From Squalus acanthias (lineage: Eukaryota), in the NCBI GenBank assembly GCA_030390025.1, contig CM059438.1:77438001-77502000 (forward strand): a DNA stretch of 64,000 bases. The letters are read 5' to 3'. The notes under the pieces were generated by a model, which saw only the letters and a list, made by a program, of their open reading frames with translations, made no database searches and was not told the DNA's origin. How positions within the stretch are numbered: position 1 is the stretch's first letter; each line of letters begins with the position of its first letter. This document shows positions 62,187 to 64,000 of the stretch, one piece after another. Both the position numbers and the translations under genes were made by a program.

Positions 62187-63224
62187 CTAAAGAAGATTGC
62201 AGAGCTGTTAATGCCATTAAAAGGAGCTATGTGTTCTAATCAAAATCACTAAAACTTTAATTATTTGATGTCCAGACCCTGAGTTACTGTAAGTGATTTT
62301 TACAAAAAACTTAATCAACTTGATATCTCCTTAACACTGCAAAACCACAATTTTAAATGAGGACCACAAATACTCCATCATATATTTCCATCCTATAATA
62401 AGCACACCACAGAAACCTGTATTGCTTTCTTTACAAAGTCACGGATTCCACTGCTGAAAACACTAAATGTAAGCATTTTAGTGATCCCGTCAGTTAAAAC
62501 AGTTTAATGCCACTTATGCTTATACAGCTTCTTTGACCTATGCTCCTACTGAAGCTAATGACCACCAGTTGTGTACTGTTTATCAAGTGGTGCAGTATCT
62601 GTTCTGTTTTCACAGTGGCTTAAGCAGGTAGATGCATTTTTACCACCACCTACATTACTGTAAAGTAGGGGAGTACGAGTTACATGCAGGCAAAGGACAC
62701 TGATCAGCCAGAGACTAAGTGATTTTTTTAATATATAATTTGAAAAGAGCTGCGTCATGTTTTGGGATTTTTGACTATTTACTCTTGGAAGGATTTCCTA
62801 ATGAATTCATATTACGATGATGCTATTAAGTTAAATGGAGCTTACAAAAGGTCCGCAACACAAACTAACGGGAATGTGATTCGAACAAAGTATCTGTCCA
62901 GAATGGTGCTTCCATATACCAAATCAGCCTGAGACAGTAGAGGTATGTTAAGACATGCCAGTGAACAATGTGTTTCAATGGCTTCATTAGCGTAAGATCA
63001 GCAGTGGTTAGTTGCCAGGAGCCCACACCTGGACCAGCAATAACAGGTTTAATTGTTTTACAATTGGTCTTAGCTCAATAGAGTGTTAATCAGTCTGACC
63101 ACGCTTGTGAGATTACAGAATCCAGTTCAGACAACCAGGGGTTTCAGTGTTATGACTCCTGGATCACACTATCACATGACTAGATGTTGGGCAGTAAAGA
63201 TAATCTCCTGAATATAGGCAATGT

Positions 63225-63497
63225 GGGTTCTGTTTATTCAGCGACAGCCAATTTACGCACAGCAAGATCCCACAAACAGCAATGTCATAATGACCAGACA
63301 ATTTGTTTTAGTGATGTTGGTTGAGGGATAAATATTGGCCAGGAAACCAAGAAAAACTTCCCTGATCTCCTTAGAAATAGTGCCATGGATTTTTACATCC
63401 ACGTGAGAGGTCAGACAGGGCCTCAGTTTAAGGTCTCATCCGAAAGACGGCACCTCCAACAGTGCAGCACTCCCTCAGTACTGCACTGGAGTGTCAA
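63225..63497 (-). mobile_element. Deu-domain SINE fragment in the last intron of the MLLE gene
   Basis: ataaatattggccagga...tagtgccatgg...cctccaacagtgcagcactccctcagtactgcactgg. Confidence 0.75.
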
Positions 63498-63572
63498 AGA
63501 TAACTAAGATGTAAAAAAAAAGTGCAAAGAATATATGGTATAAAGGATAGGATCTTTAATAAATACATTTAC

Positions 63573-63812
63573 CTGTTATCCTGCTTGAGAGTTCACTGTA
63601 TTTTGTATTGTTGATGTAACAATATAACTCCTCTCCTAGCTTTTCAGTCTCACTGTCCAGATCACCTCCATCTTCATTAATCAACAAGCAAGAAGAATTC
63701 TGAGTAGCTGACTGCGAGAGAGCTGCCTGTGCTCTTTCAACAGCAGCTTGTAGTGCTAATCTGTCAGTTAGCAACACCTGAATGGCTGAAGGATCTATTT
63801 CCAGGAGCATTC
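63573..63812 (-). CDS. Penultimate exon of an uncharacterised tandem-MLLE (PABC) domain gene: (G)MLLEIDPSAIQVLLTDRLALQAAVERAQAAL-linker-EKLGEELYCYINNTKYSELSSRIT(G)
   Basis: Acceptor ctgttttag|GA ATG, donor ACA G|gtaaat; 240 nt, phase 1-1. Carries the second half of one MLLE domain and the first half of the next (PABPC pattern LGERL...KITGMLLE). Confidence 0.85.
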
Positions 63813-64000
63813 CTAAAACAGAAATGGTTAGTCACTGAGCTTTAGGTTCTTGTTAAATTAGAACCCGATCAACGTAGAGAATTTGGTGAATATAAATTCT
63901 AAAATTGCAAATAGCCTCACCGACATTGATGACAAATATAGCTACTGCAACAATGCATTTAAAAAGTATTTGCAACGACAAAGACAGGCAATATGTACTT

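Noticed and set aside
62080-63812. Calling the minus-strand gene PABPC1/PABPC4 or UBR5
   Set aside because: It has two consecutive MLLE units, is far more diverged than vertebrate PABPC orthologues, and has a stop codon rather than a HECT domain after the last MLLE.
1-64000. Remaining short ORFs, and prokaryote-type features such as CRISPR arrays or operons
   Set aside because: The DNA is spliced eukaryotic sequence; the other ORFs are antisense shadows of exons, repeat-derived or chance frames, and no regular repeat-spacer array is visible.

Overview
This is vertebrate nuclear DNA, almost certainly from a cartilaginous fish, inferred from the dense CR1/HER1-type LINE tails, Deu-domain SINEs, L2 and Penelope-like fragments. 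About 2.6-57.2 kb of the + strand is the 3' part of a CDK5RAP2 (CEP215/centrosomin family) gene. I traced 27 coding exons by GT-AG sites and reading phase; one junction has a phase conflict, and the last exon appears readable in two frames. The introns hold a full-length degraded hAT transposon with a perfect 8-bp TSD, several MITEs, nested CR1/L2/SINE insertions and Penelope-type minimal hammerhead motifs. The most unusual element lies at 62.1-63.8 kb on the - strand: the last two exons of a convergent gene whose product ends in at least two tandem MLLE (PABC) domains, built from a symmetric phase-1 exon. This does not match the single-MLLE vertebrate proteins PABPC and UBR5. Family assignments come from recalled motifs, not database searches.
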